The notes under the pieces: generated by a model | What the model saw: the letters and a program-made list of their open reading frames with translations, nothing else | Database searches by the model: none | What the model was told of the DNA's origin: nothing | Translations under genes and position numbers: made by a program | Assembly: GCA_041577335.1 (NCBI GenBank) | Contig: JBFGJH010000019.1 | Span: 1 to 46,883 of the forward strand | Reading direction: 5' to 3' | Source of the DNA: Acidimicrobiia bacterium | Lineage (GTDB): Bacteria > Actinomycetota > Acidimicrobiia > Spongiisociales > JAENVV01 | DNA: 46,883 bases | Shown here: positions 18,372-28,209 of the stretch, one piece after another | Numbering within the stretch: position 1 is the stretch's first letter | Layout: each line of letters begins with the position of its first letter

Positions 18372-19088
18372 ATGTTCAAACGCCTCTGGGGCTATATAAA
18401 GACCCTGTTCCAAGTCACCACCGAAAAGGTGATGGATCCCGAGATCGAGATCGAGCAGGCGATCAACGAAGCGAAGAAGCGCGATCAGGAGCTTCGCAAT
18501 CAGGCCGCCAAGGTGATCGCCCATCGCACTCAGCTCGAGTCGAAGATCGAGAGAGCAGCCGACTCGGTCGGAGAGTCTCGTGAAATTGCCAAGAAGGCTC
18601 TTCTCAAGGCCGAGGAGGCCAAGAATGCGGGCCAGGCCGATCAGGTTGCCAAATGGACCCAAGCAGCCCAGTCGCAGGCGATGAAGTTGCAGGCTTCCGA
18701 ATCCAATCTCGAGGGCCTGAAATCTCAGTACGAGGTTGCGGTGAGCCAGGCCGAGGACGCCAAGGTGGCCGTTCAATCGAATGCCATGCGGCTTCAGGAG
18801 CTCGCTGCCAGGCGGATGGAACTGGTCGGCAAGCTCCGCCAGGCCGAGATGCAAGAGTCGGTCAACAAGGCGGTCGAGTCGATTTCGGCATCGATGGAGA
18901 AGGACGCCCCCAGCCTCGACAAGGTCGAGGAGAAGATCGAAGGTCGCTTGGCCAACGCCAAGGCGCGGACCGAGCTTCGCGAGGTCACCCCTGACGGTGC
19001 CGAAGCCGAACTGCGCGACGCCATCTCGATGGCAGGAGCCGACGCCAAGCTCGACGAGCTGAAAGCCGAGCTGGGCCTCACGGAGTAG
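18372..19088 (+). CDS. pspA: PspA/IM30 family protein
   Basis: MFKRLWGYIK amphipathic start, DPEIEIEQAI, long coiled coil, PSLDKVEEKIE, KLDELKAELG. Confidence 0.9.
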   Translation: MFKRLWGYIKTLFQVTTEKVMDPEIEIEQAINEAKKRDQELRNQAAKVIAHRTQLESKIERAADSVGESREIAKKALLKAEEAKNAGQADQVAKWTQAAQSQAMKLQASESNLEGLKSQYEVAVSQAEDAKVAVQSNAMRLQELAARRMELVGKLRQAEMQESVNKAVESISASMEKDAPSLDKVEEKIEGRLANAKARTELREVTPDGAEAELRDAISMAGADAKLDELKAELGLTE

Positions 19089-19094
19089 CCACAA

Positions 19095-19155
19095 GACTCG
19101 AGAATCACGCACGACTCACGAATCACGACTCACCAACGCCCGACTCACGAGTCGG
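19095..19155 (+). repeat. Heptamer tandem repeat GA(C/A)TCAC ending in a hairpin
   Basis: Units at 19095 (degenerate), 19102, 19113, 19120, 19127 and 19142; CCGACTC-AC-GAGTCGG at 19140-19155. Confidence 0.75.
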
Positions 19156-19266
19156 CGTGCCGGCCGAGCGTCAGGAGAGGACCTCGGCTGCAGGTGAACG
19201 GGTCCGTTCCATCAAACTCGATCGAATCGTGATTCGATCGAATCAGCCTCGTTACACTCCGCCGGC

Positions 19267-21471
19267 ATGGAGTCCGTGGCGCAGTTGTTCAAGAAGCTGA
19301 ATATCACCGCGAGTCGGGTGCTGGTCGCTGTCGGCGTATCGGCCTTCTTCGGGACGTTGGCACTGTGGTGGCTGGGCAGCCTGCCCGAGGAGCCCCATTT
19401 CGAAGTCGGTCGTGAGGTATTCGGAAACATCCCCCTGGCCTTGGTGGGCCTGTTCTACGTCGGCGTGTCAGCTTTCCTTGGCTTGACGTTCTACCTCTTT
19501 GCCGTCCGAGCGCAGAACTGGCAACGGGGTAGCGCCGAAGACCGGACCGGCAACTGGTTGGAGCGAGTCAAAGAATTCGATCGCGGTGTGCGCATGAAGA
19601 CGCTCAATCGGGATCGCCAGGCCGGCTTGATGCACTCCATGGTGTATTACGGCTTCATCGTCCTGTTTCTCGGAACGGTGACGTTGGAGATCGACCACCT
19701 CCTCCCGGTCCGGTTCAAGTTTCTCGAGGGAACCGTCTACCAGACGTATTCGGCGATCTTGGATGCTGCTGCCCTCGTGTACCTAGGAGGCTTGGGGTGG
19801 GCTCTCCTGCGCCGATACGGGCAGCGTCCCTGGCGCCTCCGCTCGAAAACGAAGCCGGAAGACGGCATGATCCTGGCCGTCCTCGCCCTGATCGGCGTGA
19901 CGGGTCTGCTCACCGAGGCTGCTCGTATCGCCCTGGCCGGGCAGCCGAGCTTCGAGCAGGCGAGCTTTGTCGGATATCCGCTCAGTTTCTTGATCGACCA
20001 AGGGATCGCGTCCGGTCTCCACCAGGTCTTCTGGGTCTCGCACTCCGTGTTGTTCATCGCCTTCTTGGTCATTCTGCCGACAACCAAGTTGCGGCATATG
20101 GTCACCTCGCCGGCGAACATGTTCCTATCGCCGAAGGATCGGCCGAAGGGAGCCATGAAACATGTCCCCAATCTGATGGAAGCCGACATCGACTCCATTG
20201 GGGCGAACGTGATCGCCGACTTCTCCTGGAAGCAGATCTTCGACACGGACGCGTGCACGATCTGCGGGCGCTGTACGTCGGTGTGCCCGGCCAATATCAC
20301 CGGGAAGCCGCTCGACCCCCGAGAGATGGTCTTGAAGGTCGGCGAAGTAGCCGCCAGCACCGCTCCTGCCGTCATCACGGCACCGGTGACGCTGGCGGCC
20401 GGCATCGTTGTCGAGTCGGACTCGGTGTTCGAGAGGGTCCAGCCCGAAGAACTATGGTCGTGCACCACCTGCCGGGCGTGTGACGAGATCTGTCCCGTCG
20501 ACATCGAGATCCTCGACAAGATCCTCGACATGCGGCGGTACAAGAGCCTCATGGAAGCCGAGTTCCCCACCGAGCTGGGCAAGGCATTCGTGGCCATGGA
20601 AAACCAGGGCAACCCATGGGGAATGGGCCAGCAGAACCGCGCCGACTGGACCAAGGGCCTCGATTTCGACGTGCCGGTGCTTGGTGAAGACGTCGACCAC
20701 GCCGAATATCTCTATTGGGTGGGATGCGCCGGCTCCTTTGACGATCGCAACACGGCCGTCTCCCAGGCGACGGCACGACTCCTCAAGGAGGCCGGCGTGG
20801 AGTTCGCCATTCTCGGGTCGAACGAGACCTGCAACGGCGATCCCGCCCGCCGGGCCGGCAACGAGTATCTGTATCAACAGCTGGCGCTCCAGAACATCGA
20901 GACTCTCGACGGCCTCGGAGTGACAAAGATCATCACCCAGTGCCCGCACTGCTTCAACACACTCGGCAACGAATATCCGCAACTCGGTGGCACATACGAA
21001 GTCGTGCACCACAGCCAGCTGCTGGCGGAGCTCCTGCGAGCCAAGCAGCTCAACACCAACGGCGCTTCAGCTGCAGACCGCAAGACCGTGACCTACCACG
21101 ACCCTTGCTATCTCGGCCGCCACAACGATGTGTATGTCGACCCGCGCGAGGTTGTGTCCGCGACCGGGAACATCGACCTGGTGGAGATGAAACGTCACGG
21201 CACCAAAGCATTGTGCTGTGGGGCCGGCGGTGCACGATTCTGGATGGAAGAGCAGACGGGCAAGAAGATCAACATCGAACGAGCCGAAGAGGCGCTCGCG
21301 ACCGGTGCAACCGAGATTGCCGTGTCGTGCCCCTATTGCTACGTGATGATCGACGACGGCGTCAAAGAGCTCGGACGCGACGACGTCACCGTCCGTGATC
21401 TCGCTCAAATGGTCGACGACGCAACCGTGAGTTCCGCGGGGGGAAGCTCGTCACGCTCAGTGGCCGAATAG
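19267..21471 (+). CDS. Membrane Fe-S oxidoreductase, heterodisulfide-reductase-related (FadF/EtfD-like)
   Basis: N-terminal TM region; CTICGRCTSVC and CTTCRACDEIC ferredoxin motifs; CCG-domain motifs GCAGS, CPHC, YHDPC, CCGAGG, CPYC. Confidence 0.88.
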   Translation: MESVAQLFKKLNITASRVLVAVGVSAFFGTLALWWLGSLPEEPHFEVGREVFGNIPLALVGLFYVGVSAFLGLTFYLFAVRAQNWQRGSAEDRTGNWLERVKEFDRGVRMKTLNRDRQAGLMHSMVYYGFIVLFLGTVTLEIDHLLPVRFKFLEGTVYQTYSAILDAAALVYLGGLGWALLRRYGQRPWRLRSKTKPEDGMILAVLALIGVTGLLTEAARIALAGQPSFEQASFVGYPLSFLIDQGIASGLHQVFWVSHSVLFIAFLVILPTTKLRHMVTSPANMFLSPKDRPKGAMKHVPNLMEADIDSIGANVIADFSWKQIFDTDACTICGRCTSVCPANITGKPLDPREMVLKVGEVAASTAPAVITAPVTLAAGIVVESDSVFERVQPEELWSCTTCRACDEICPVDIEILDKILDMRRYKSLMEAEFPTELGKAFVAMENQGNPWGMGQQNRADWTKGLDFDVPVLGEDVDHAEYLYWVGCAGSFDDRNTAVSQATARLLKEAGVEFAILGSNETCNGDPARRAGNEYLYQQLALQNIETLDGLGVTKIITQCPHCFNTLGNEYPQLGGTYEVVHHSQLLAELLRAKQLNTNGASAADRKTVTYHDPCYLGRHNDVYVDPREVVSATGNIDLVEMKRHGTKALCCGAGGARFWMEEQTGKKINIERAEEALATGATEIAVSCPYCYVMIDDGVKELGRDDVTVRDLAQMVDDATVSSAGGSSSRSVAE

Positions 21472-21534
21472 ACGAAAGGCTCCAGCCTCACCACCAAGCG
21501 GCCGATTCTTTGAACGCCGATTTGGAGTGCCTCG

Positions 21535-23442
21535 TTGATCGACGCGGACAAGGAAAACCGATGGGAGAGCCGCGTGTGGTCCGCGAGGCTCGTGCGCTTC
21601 GCGATCTTCATGGTTCCCGTCATCGCCGCCGTTATCGCCTCGATGCTGCTCAGCCGGTACCTCCCCAAGGCGGCGACAACGCCGGGCATCGTGCTGTGGT
21701 GGGTCGCCGTCGTGGGAGGAGCGACGATCGCGATGATCGCGGTCGACCGTATCGCCCGGCGAGCCTTGCCTCTGGCGATCCTGATGCAGATGACCATGTT
21801 GTTTCCCGACAAGGCACCCAGCCGGGTGAAACTGGTCCGGAAAGCCGGCAGCACGAAGCGGCTCGAGGAGCGCTTGGAGTTGTCCCGCACGGCTGGTGAC
21901 GACGCCACAACGGAAGCTGCGCAGAACGTACTCGGGCTGGCAGCTGCACTGAGCAAGCACGACCGGCTCACCCGTGGACACGCTGAGCGGGTGCGAGTAT
22001 TCACCGACCTCATCGCAGAGGAGCTCGAGCTCGAGCTCGACGAGCGCGACAAGCTGCGATGGGCTTCCCTCCTCCACGACATCGGAAAGTTGGACGTTCA
22101 CGCCGACATCCTCAACAAGCCCGGCCGGCCAACCGACGAGGAGTGGATGGCCTTGCGAAGTCATCCGTCGAAAGGCGCCGAGATGTTGGGGCCGCTCACG
22201 GAGTGGCTGGGCGAATGGGCACCTGCGGTCGAGCAACATCACGAGAAATACGACGGCACCGGTTACCCGAAAGGCCTCGCCGGCGAAGAAATATCGCACG
22301 CGGCCCGCATCGTTGCCGTTGCCGACGCCTATGACGCAATAACGGCTGCTCGCTCGTACAAGAAGCCGATCTCTGCCACGGCTGCTCGCGAAGAGCTCGC
22401 CCGCAGTGCCGGAACGCACTTCGATCCGGCGGTCGTGCGTGCGTTCTTGAACGTGTCTCTGGGCAAGCTGCGCTGGGTGATCGGGCCGGCCAGCTGGTTC
22501 GCTCAGATCCCGTTTGTGGGCGGTCTCGAGCGGATCGGGCGGGATCTGGCGATTCTCGCTACGAGTACGGCGGTCTTCGTCGGCGTGGCCAACGTCGGTT
22601 GGGTCACTCCGCCCAAACCGGCCATTGTGGCGGGCCCAGCGGTGACTACCACTCAGCCGGCGGACGTGGATGCGGACGAAGGCTCCCTGGCGACGATTCC
22701 CCTGGAAACCACCGTGCCCGAGACGACCGTTCCATCGACGGAGGCGCCCGCCACGACGACAAGCCCGGGTTCATCGGCACCGGTAACCACCTCGCCCCCC
22801 GAGACCCCGACCACCACAGTGGCGCCCACGACGACGGTTGCCGTCACGAGCCCGCCGCCGACCGCACCACCGACAACTCAGGCACCCCTCTTACCGCCGA
22901 GCGCGGCGGGCGACGCAGCGACGACAAGCGAAGACACGGGCATCACCATCGACGTCCTGGCCAACGACACGGACCCCGATGGGGGCGGTCTCTCGATCGT
23001 CGCATCAGATGCCGAGTCGGCATCGGGCGGAGCGGTCTCGTGCGCCGCCAACTGCACCTACACGCCGAGCACTGACTTCAATGGAACAGACACGTTCTCG
23101 TACACCATCGCCGATTCGGTAGGACTCACCGCCTCTGCGACCGTGACTGTCACGGTGACACCAGTCAACGATGCGCCGGTTGCTCGCGACGACGCGGCGA
23201 CCACGAGCGCAGACGCCCCGGTATCGATTTCGGTACTCGCCAATGACTCCGACCCCGAGGGCGACCAGAGAACGATTTCATCGTTCGACGCGGTCAGCCC
23301 GGCCGGGGGATCCGTGGCATGTTCGAGCAGCTGCATATACACACCGCCGGCTGGGTATACCGGGACCGACTCCTTCGGCTACACCGTGAGCGATGGCAAC
23401 GGCGGCGCCGACACCGCAACGGTTACCGTCACCGTCAACTGA
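21535..23442 (+). CDS. Membrane HD-GYP phosphodiesterase fused to a Thr/Pro linker and two Ig/cadherin-like (Big_9-type) repeats
   Basis: TRGHAERV, LLHDIGK, QHHEKYDGTGYP, VADAYDAI, RSYK; three hydrophobic segments; VLANDTDPDG/VLANDSDPEG and YTP...GTD(T/S)F.YT repeats. Confidence 0.85.
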   Translation: MIDADKENRWESRVWSARLVRFAIFMVPVIAAVIASMLLSRYLPKAATTPGIVLWWVAVVGGATIAMIAVDRIARRALPLAILMQMTMLFPDKAPSRVKLVRKAGSTKRLEERLELSRTAGDDATTEAAQNVLGLAAALSKHDRLTRGHAERVRVFTDLIAEELELELDERDKLRWASLLHDIGKLDVHADILNKPGRPTDEEWMALRSHPSKGAEMLGPLTEWLGEWAPAVEQHHEKYDGTGYPKGLAGEEISHAARIVAVADAYDAITAARSYKKPISATAAREELARSAGTHFDPAVVRAFLNVSLGKLRWVIGPASWFAQIPFVGGLERIGRDLAILATSTAVFVGVANVGWVTPPKPAIVAGPAVTTTQPADVDADEGSLATIPLETTVPETTVPSTEAPATTTSPGSSAPVTTSPPETPTTTVAPTTTVAVTSPPPTAPPTTQAPLLPPSAAGDAATTSEDTGITIDVLANDTDPDGGGLSIVASDAESASGGAVSCAANCTYTPSTDFNGTDTFSYTIADSVGLTASATVTVTVTPVNDAPVARDDAATTSADAPVSISVLANDSDPEGDQRTISSFDAVSPAGGSVACSSSCIYTPPAGYTGTDSFGYTVSDGNGGADTATVTVTVN

Positions 23443-24892
23443 GGTCGGTGACCTTCCAGACGGCCCCACTGCGGGGTGGCAGCGCCACTCGCAGAGAATT
23501 GGCGTCGCCGGCGATGCCACCGTCGCCCCACAGTGTCTTGAAGGATGTGCCGATCGACAGCTGCGTCATCGCCGAGACCGCATCGGTGCCGGCATTGATC
23601 GCCACAACGACGATATCTCGGTCGCGGCGACGCGTGAAGATATACAGCATCGACCCAGGATCGGTGGGGAGCAATTCCATCTCGCCGTGGCGCAGCGTCG
23701 GTTCGGCGTGGCGGAGAGCGATCAGCTGGCGATGCGCTTGGTAGATCTCCTGGTTCCATTGCGTCCGGTCCCACGGAAAACCGGCTCGGTTGGCGGGATC
23801 CTTGCCTCCCGCCATGCCTACCTCGGTTCCGTAGTAGACGGACGGCGTGCCAGGAAAGGTCATCTGGAGAAGCGTCGCCAGGATGACCGAGGTTGGGTCC
23901 CCTCCGCACAGCGACAACACCCGAGGGACGTCGTGGCTGTCGAGCAGGTTGAAGTTGACGAGCGTCCGTGACCAGGGATACATATCGAGCAAATGGTCGA
24001 TGGCGGCGGCGTATTGGGTCGCATCGAGAGCGGGCTTCAGGGGGTAGCTCAAGCCGTCCGCCAGTTCGCCGGGAATGCGATCACCTGCCACGAATGCCAA
24101 GGTATGGCCGGCGAAGAGGTAGTTCATCGTGGCGTCGAATCGGTCTCCGTCGTTGATCCATTCGGAGGCGTCGTCCCAGATCTCGGCCAGGATGTACAGG
24201 TCCGGGTTCACCGCCCGCACTCGCCGGCGGAACTCCTCCCAGAACCCCTCCGTCCGAATCTCCAGAGGAACGTCGAGACGCCACCCGTCGATGCCTCGGT
24301 GTGCCCAATACTCCCCGACCTGCATCAGGAACTCGCGAACTTCGGGATTGTCGGTGTCGAATTTGGGGAGGGCAGGGAGACCCCACCATGCGTCGTAGTT
24401 CGGGGCGTTGACCGAATAGGCATCCACCGGCCAGCTGTGCACGTTGAACCAGTCGCGCCACGGAGAAGCCTCACCGGATTCGAGGAGATCGTGGAACTGA
24501 TAGAACCCTCGGCCGCAGTGATTGAAGACGCCGTCGATCACCACCCTGATGCCGCGTTCGTGACAGGCGGTCACCAGCTCGTCGAAGAGCTCGCGATCGC
24601 CGAGAAGAGGGTCGATGCGCCGGTAATCCCAGGCGTGATACCGGTGGTTTGAGGCACTGGCGAAGATCGGGTTGAAATACAGGGCGTTGATGCCGAGGTC
24701 GGTGAGATAGTCGAGCTGGTCGATCACCCCGGCGAGGTCGCCGCCCTTGTAGCCGTAGGTCGTTGGTGGACTGTCCCACGCTTCGAGCCCGGCAGGCTTC
24801 GCCCAGCGCGTTGAGGCGGCGAACCGGTCAGGAAAAATCTGATAGAAGATGGCGTCGGAAACCCATGCAGGTGGTTGATCGAAAGGCGTCAT
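23435..24892 (-). CDS. GH13 alpha-amylase family (neopullulanase/cyclomaltodextrinase-like)
   Basis: FYQIFPDRF, GGDL.G, DGVFNH, DGWRLDV, AEIW, LLDSHD, PSVYYG.E. Confidence 0.92.
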   Translation of the reverse strand: MTPFDQPPAWVSDAIFYQIFPDRFAASTRWAKPAGLEAWDSPPTTYGYKGGDLAGVIDQLDYLTDLGINALYFNPIFASASNHRYHAWDYRRIDPLLGDRELFDELVTACHERGIRVVIDGVFNHCGRGFYQFHDLLESGEASPWRDWFNVHSWPVDAYSVNAPNYDAWWGLPALPKFDTDNPEVREFLMQVGEYWAHRGIDGWRLDVPLEIRTEGFWEEFRRRVRAVNPDLYILAEIWDDASEWINDGDRFDATMNYLFAGHTLAFVAGDRIPGELADGLSYPLKPALDATQYAAAIDHLLDMYPWSRTLVNFNLLDSHDVPRVLSLCGGDPTSVILATLLQMTFPGTPSVYYGTEVGMAGGKDPANRAGFPWDRTQWNQEIYQAHRQLIALRHAEPTLRHGEMELLPTDPGSMLYIFTRRRDRDIVVVAINAGTDAVSAMTQLSIGTSFKTLWGDGGIAGDANSLRVALPPRSGAVWKVTDLS

Positions 24893-25164
24893 TCGCCCGG
24901 CAGTGTAAAACGCCTCTGCCTGGTGCGCTGTGGGCCGCAGGTCCCAATATCCCGACGCCCCGTCGCGAAGTGCGGTCGCCGAGCTGCCGCTACAACGGCG
25001 GCTCGGGAGCCGCCGCGCTTCCGCCGAAGCAGCTCAGTCGGCAGTGCCCAGTAGGCAGCCAGGCGCTCGGTGACGAGAGGGCGCCCGGGATCCTCCACGC
25101 GTCGCACCTCGCGAGGAACGTCGGATCGATCTCAAAGCCTTCGATGCTCATTAGGCTTTTGGCC

Positions 25165-26067
25165 ATGCGATCACTGCCTCTCGTGAGTTTCGGCGTGGCT
25201 CTGTTGGCGATCGTGCTGGGGTCCTGCACTACCGCCGCCGAGACGGTCGTCGGGCCGGTTGCCGATCGGGCCACTACCACGGTCACGGGCGAGACGGGCG
25301 TTGCCACGACTGTCCCGGGGTCGACGACCACAACCGCAGTTGCCCCTCCAACGACGCTTTCGCCCTTTGCCCGACCTGACTGGCTCGGGACCCGCGTCCT
25401 CGTCGAACGCGAGGATGGCTTCGGTGAAGTGGTGCCCACGCCTCCGGAACTCGTCGACCGACGGTTCTTGACACTGGATCTCCTGCCCGCTCCCGATGGG
25501 GAGGAGTTCGTAGCGACGATCGGGCCGATCCCAGACGACGTGCTGGCTCGGTCGACGTGGAAGGAGGATTGCCCGGTCACACCGGAAGACCTTTCCTACC
25601 TCACCATGACCCATTACGGATTCGATGGCGAGTTCCACACCGGGGAGATGATCGTCAACGCTGCGGTTGACGACGACGTCGTTGCAGTGTTTCGGAGACT
25701 CCACGAAGCTCGCTTCCCGATCGAACAGATGAGAGTCATCGACGAATTCGAGCTGGATCTGCCACCGACCGGTGATTGGAATGACACCACCTCCTTCGTG
25801 TGCCGGCCGACCGTCAACTCGGAGCGATGGTCGCAGCATGCCTACGGGCTCGCCATCGACGTCAACCCGTTTCACAATCCCTACCTCAAGGACGGATTGG
25901 TGATCCCGGAGCTGGCCTCCGCCTACCTCGACCGGGACGACACACGGCCCGGCATGGTGTTCCGTGACGATCTGGTTGTCGAGGCCTTCTCCGACATCGG
26001 CTGGACCTGGGGCGGCGATTGGAGCACCCTCAAAGACTGGATGCACTTCTCCCAAACCGGCAACTGA
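25165..26067 (+). CDS. Lipoprotein M15-family metallopeptidase
   Basis: Lipobox VLGSC, Thr-rich linker, WSQHAYGLAIDVNP, WGGDW..KDWMHF; TAGGCT -10 seven nt before ATG 25165. Confidence 0.83.
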   Translation: MRSLPLVSFGVALLAIVLGSCTTAAETVVGPVADRATTTVTGETGVATTVPGSTTTTAVAPPTTLSPFARPDWLGTRVLVEREDGFGEVVPTPPELVDRRFLTLDLLPAPDGEEFVATIGPIPDDVLARSTWKEDCPVTPEDLSYLTMTHYGFDGEFHTGEMIVNAAVDDDVVAVFRRLHEARFPIEQMRVIDEFELDLPPTGDWNDTTSFVCRPTVNSERWSQHAYGLAIDVNPFHNPYLKDGLVIPELASAYLDRDDTRPGMVFRDDLVVEAFSDIGWTWGGDWSTLKDWMHFSQTGN

Positions 26068-26239
26068 GTTGTTGGTCGACCGACTTCGGATCCGGCCTCG
26101 GTTCGTGCGTCCCGTTGGTGAGAATCGGTGATCCCGGGTACTCCGCCGTCGTACGGATCGACCAGAACTCGACCCGAGCCGGTCGGGTCGACACCCCATC
26201 CGATACGGATCCCGATCCGATCGGAACTACCCTGGGGTC

Positions 26240-27049
26240 ATGCCAATTGGTTATCAGGGCGAACCGCATTCCAACAGTCATCGAGCGGTGACCGAGCTCT
26301 ATCCCGGCCGCGAGCCGGTTGGGTTCCACAACTTTCCTCTCGCATTCCGGGCACTCGAGGCGGGAGAGGTGAGTCTCCTCGTGCTCCCCATCGAGAACTC
26401 CACCACGGGCAGCATTCTGCCCGTCCTCGATCGATTGATCTCCGGCGGAGTGACCATCGTCGACGAGCATTTGGTGGAGATTCACTACGCGGTCCTCGGC
26501 CTCCCCGGTGCCCGCGTGGAGCACATAACCACTGTGCACTCTCATCCAGAAGCGCTTCGCCAGGCTGAGGAAGCGTTGGTGGAACGAGGATGGGACCCAA
26601 TGCCTGAACACGACACCGCAGGGGCGGTGCGTCTGGTAGCAGAACGCCAGGATCCCACTCAGGCGGCTTTGGCGCCGATCACAGCTGCTGCCGCATACGG
26701 ATTGGATGTGCTCGAGCATGGCATCGTCGACCGCGAGCACAACACCACCCGATTCGCGGTGCTTGCACACGGTGAATCGCCCTTTGCCGACAACGCCAAC
26801 AAGTCATCAGTGGCGTTCGAGGCGGCTCATACGCCCGGCTCGCTTGCTTTGGCTCTCACCGAGTTGGGTCTGCGGGGAGCCAACCTCACCCGCATCGAGT
26901 CTCGGCCAGGTGATGTTGCGTGGAGCTACCGCATGTTCATCGACCTCATCCATGCGCCGGGCAAAGAAGGCTTCAACTCCATCTTCGAGCCTCTTCCGGT
27001 CACCATGCGAGCATTCCACCATCTCGGCACCTACCCGGCGGCACAGTAA
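26240..27049 (+). CDS. pheA: Prephenate dehydratase with ACT domain
   Basis: YQGEP, PIENSTTG, SHPEALRQ, DTAGA, NTTRF, NLTRIESRP. Confidence 0.9.
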   Translation: MPIGYQGEPHSNSHRAVTELYPGREPVGFHNFPLAFRALEAGEVSLLVLPIENSTTGSILPVLDRLISGGVTIVDEHLVEIHYAVLGLPGARVEHITTVHSHPEALRQAEEALVERGWDPMPEHDTAGAVRLVAERQDPTQAALAPITAAAAYGLDVLEHGIVDREHNTTRFAVLAHGESPFADNANKSSVAFEAAHTPGSLALALTELGLRGANLTRIESRPGDVAWSYRMFIDLIHAPGKEGFNSIFEPLPVTMRAFHHLGTYPAAQ

Positions 27050-27105
27050 AGAAATCGCGCCCGACGATAACCCTCACTTTGCCTCGGCTTAGCGACTGAC
27101 GTGGC

Positions 27106-28206
27106 ATGGTGGCCCGAAGCGGATCGAGGGTTGGTATCGGACGGCGGGCGAACATGCGCGGGAAAGCCACCGGGTTGGTTCGTTGGCTTGGACTCGTACT
27201 CGAATTGAAGTCACCCGTCACGGCTGATGATCGTCGCCGGGTGATCGAGACGATGTTCCACGAGGGTGACCGGGCTCGCTCGTATTCGTGGAGGTTCGCC
27301 GTGCTCATGGCGCTTTCGGTTTGTCTGGCGACGCTCGGCCTCACGGCCAACTCGCCGGCAGTGATCATCGGCGCCATGGTCGTGGCCCCGCTCATGGGAC
27401 CTGTCCTCGGCATTGCTGCTTCGATTGTCATGGGTTGGCCACGGCGGGCATGGCGACAAGCAACCCTCGTTGTGCTGGCGGCGGTCGGTGCAGTGGGACT
27501 GGCGGCCGTATTGTCGGCATTCCTTCCCGGCGATCTGCAAGGAGCTCCGTCGGAGCTGCTCGCCCGCACGCGGCCGAATGCTCTCGACCTCGGTGTGGCG
27601 ATTGCCGCCGGCGCCGTGGGTGCCTACACGATCGTTCGAAAGGAGGCGGCCGAGGCGATGGCCGGGGCCGCCATCGCGGTGGCTCTCGTGCCTCCCCTGG
27701 CAACGATTGGTATCTCGTTCGAGCAGGGTCGATTCGACATGGCATTTGGCGCGCTGCTGCTCGTGTCGGCGAACGTGGTCGGCGTCGTCTTCAGTGGGGC
27801 ATTGACCTTCTTGTTCGGTGGTTTTGTCCCGGGGATGACACTGGCCATCGGCGGAGGGCAGATGTTGCGTGGGTTTCGTTGGGTGGCGGTAGCGACCGTG
27901 TTCATGATCGTGCCGCTTCAATGGAGCGGCTTCGGCTTGCTGTCGCCGCCACCGGAAGGGACCGATGTCGGAGCGGTCGTGGAGCAATGGTCGTCTGGCT
28001 CACCATCGCCGGTTGACGTCATCAACGTCGATGTGGAGGTGGAGGATGGCGTGACCAACGTCGATGTCGTGGTTGCCGGCGATACCGAGGCCCCCAGCGT
28101 CGAACGGCTTGCCGAGGATCTCTCCGCCGAGCTGGACCGCGAAGTCAGTGTCGAGTTGCAGCAGCTCGTCGGAGCGAAGACACAGTCGAGCCGGAAGGGG
28201 GACTGA
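27106..28206 (+). CDS. DUF389 family membrane protein
   Basis: NSPAVIIGAMVVAPLMGP, ELLARTRP, GAAIAVALVPPL; start uncertain. Confidence 0.85.
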   Translation: MVARSGSRVGIGRRANMRGKATGLVRWLGLVLELKSPVTADDRRRVIETMFHEGDRARSYSWRFAVLMALSVCLATLGLTANSPAVIIGAMVVAPLMGPVLGIAASIVMGWPRRAWRQATLVVLAAVGAVGLAAVLSAFLPGDLQGAPSELLARTRPNALDLGVAIAAGAVGAYTIVRKEAAEAMAGAAIAVALVPPLATIGISFEQGRFDMAFGALLLVSANVVGVVFSGALTFLFGGFVPGMTLAIGGGQMLRGFRWVAVATVFMIVPLQWSGFGLLSPPPEGTDVGAVVEQWSSGSPSPVDVINVDVEVEDGVTNVDVVVAGDTEAPSVERLAEDLSAELDREVSVELQQLVGAKTQSSRKGD

Positions 28207-28209
28207 AGG

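Noticed and set aside
22640..22900. DNA tandem repeat or phase-variable tract in the HD-GYP gene
   Set aside because: ACC/ACG/CCG richness reflects the Thr/Pro protein linker; no exact tandem unit
24893..25143. Riboswitch or ncRNA in longer GC-rich intergenic regions (also 7963-8146, 42289-42411)
   Set aside because: Hairpins are possible but I recognised no conserved riboswitch, tRNA or ncRNA signature; an Rfam/Infernal scan would be needed
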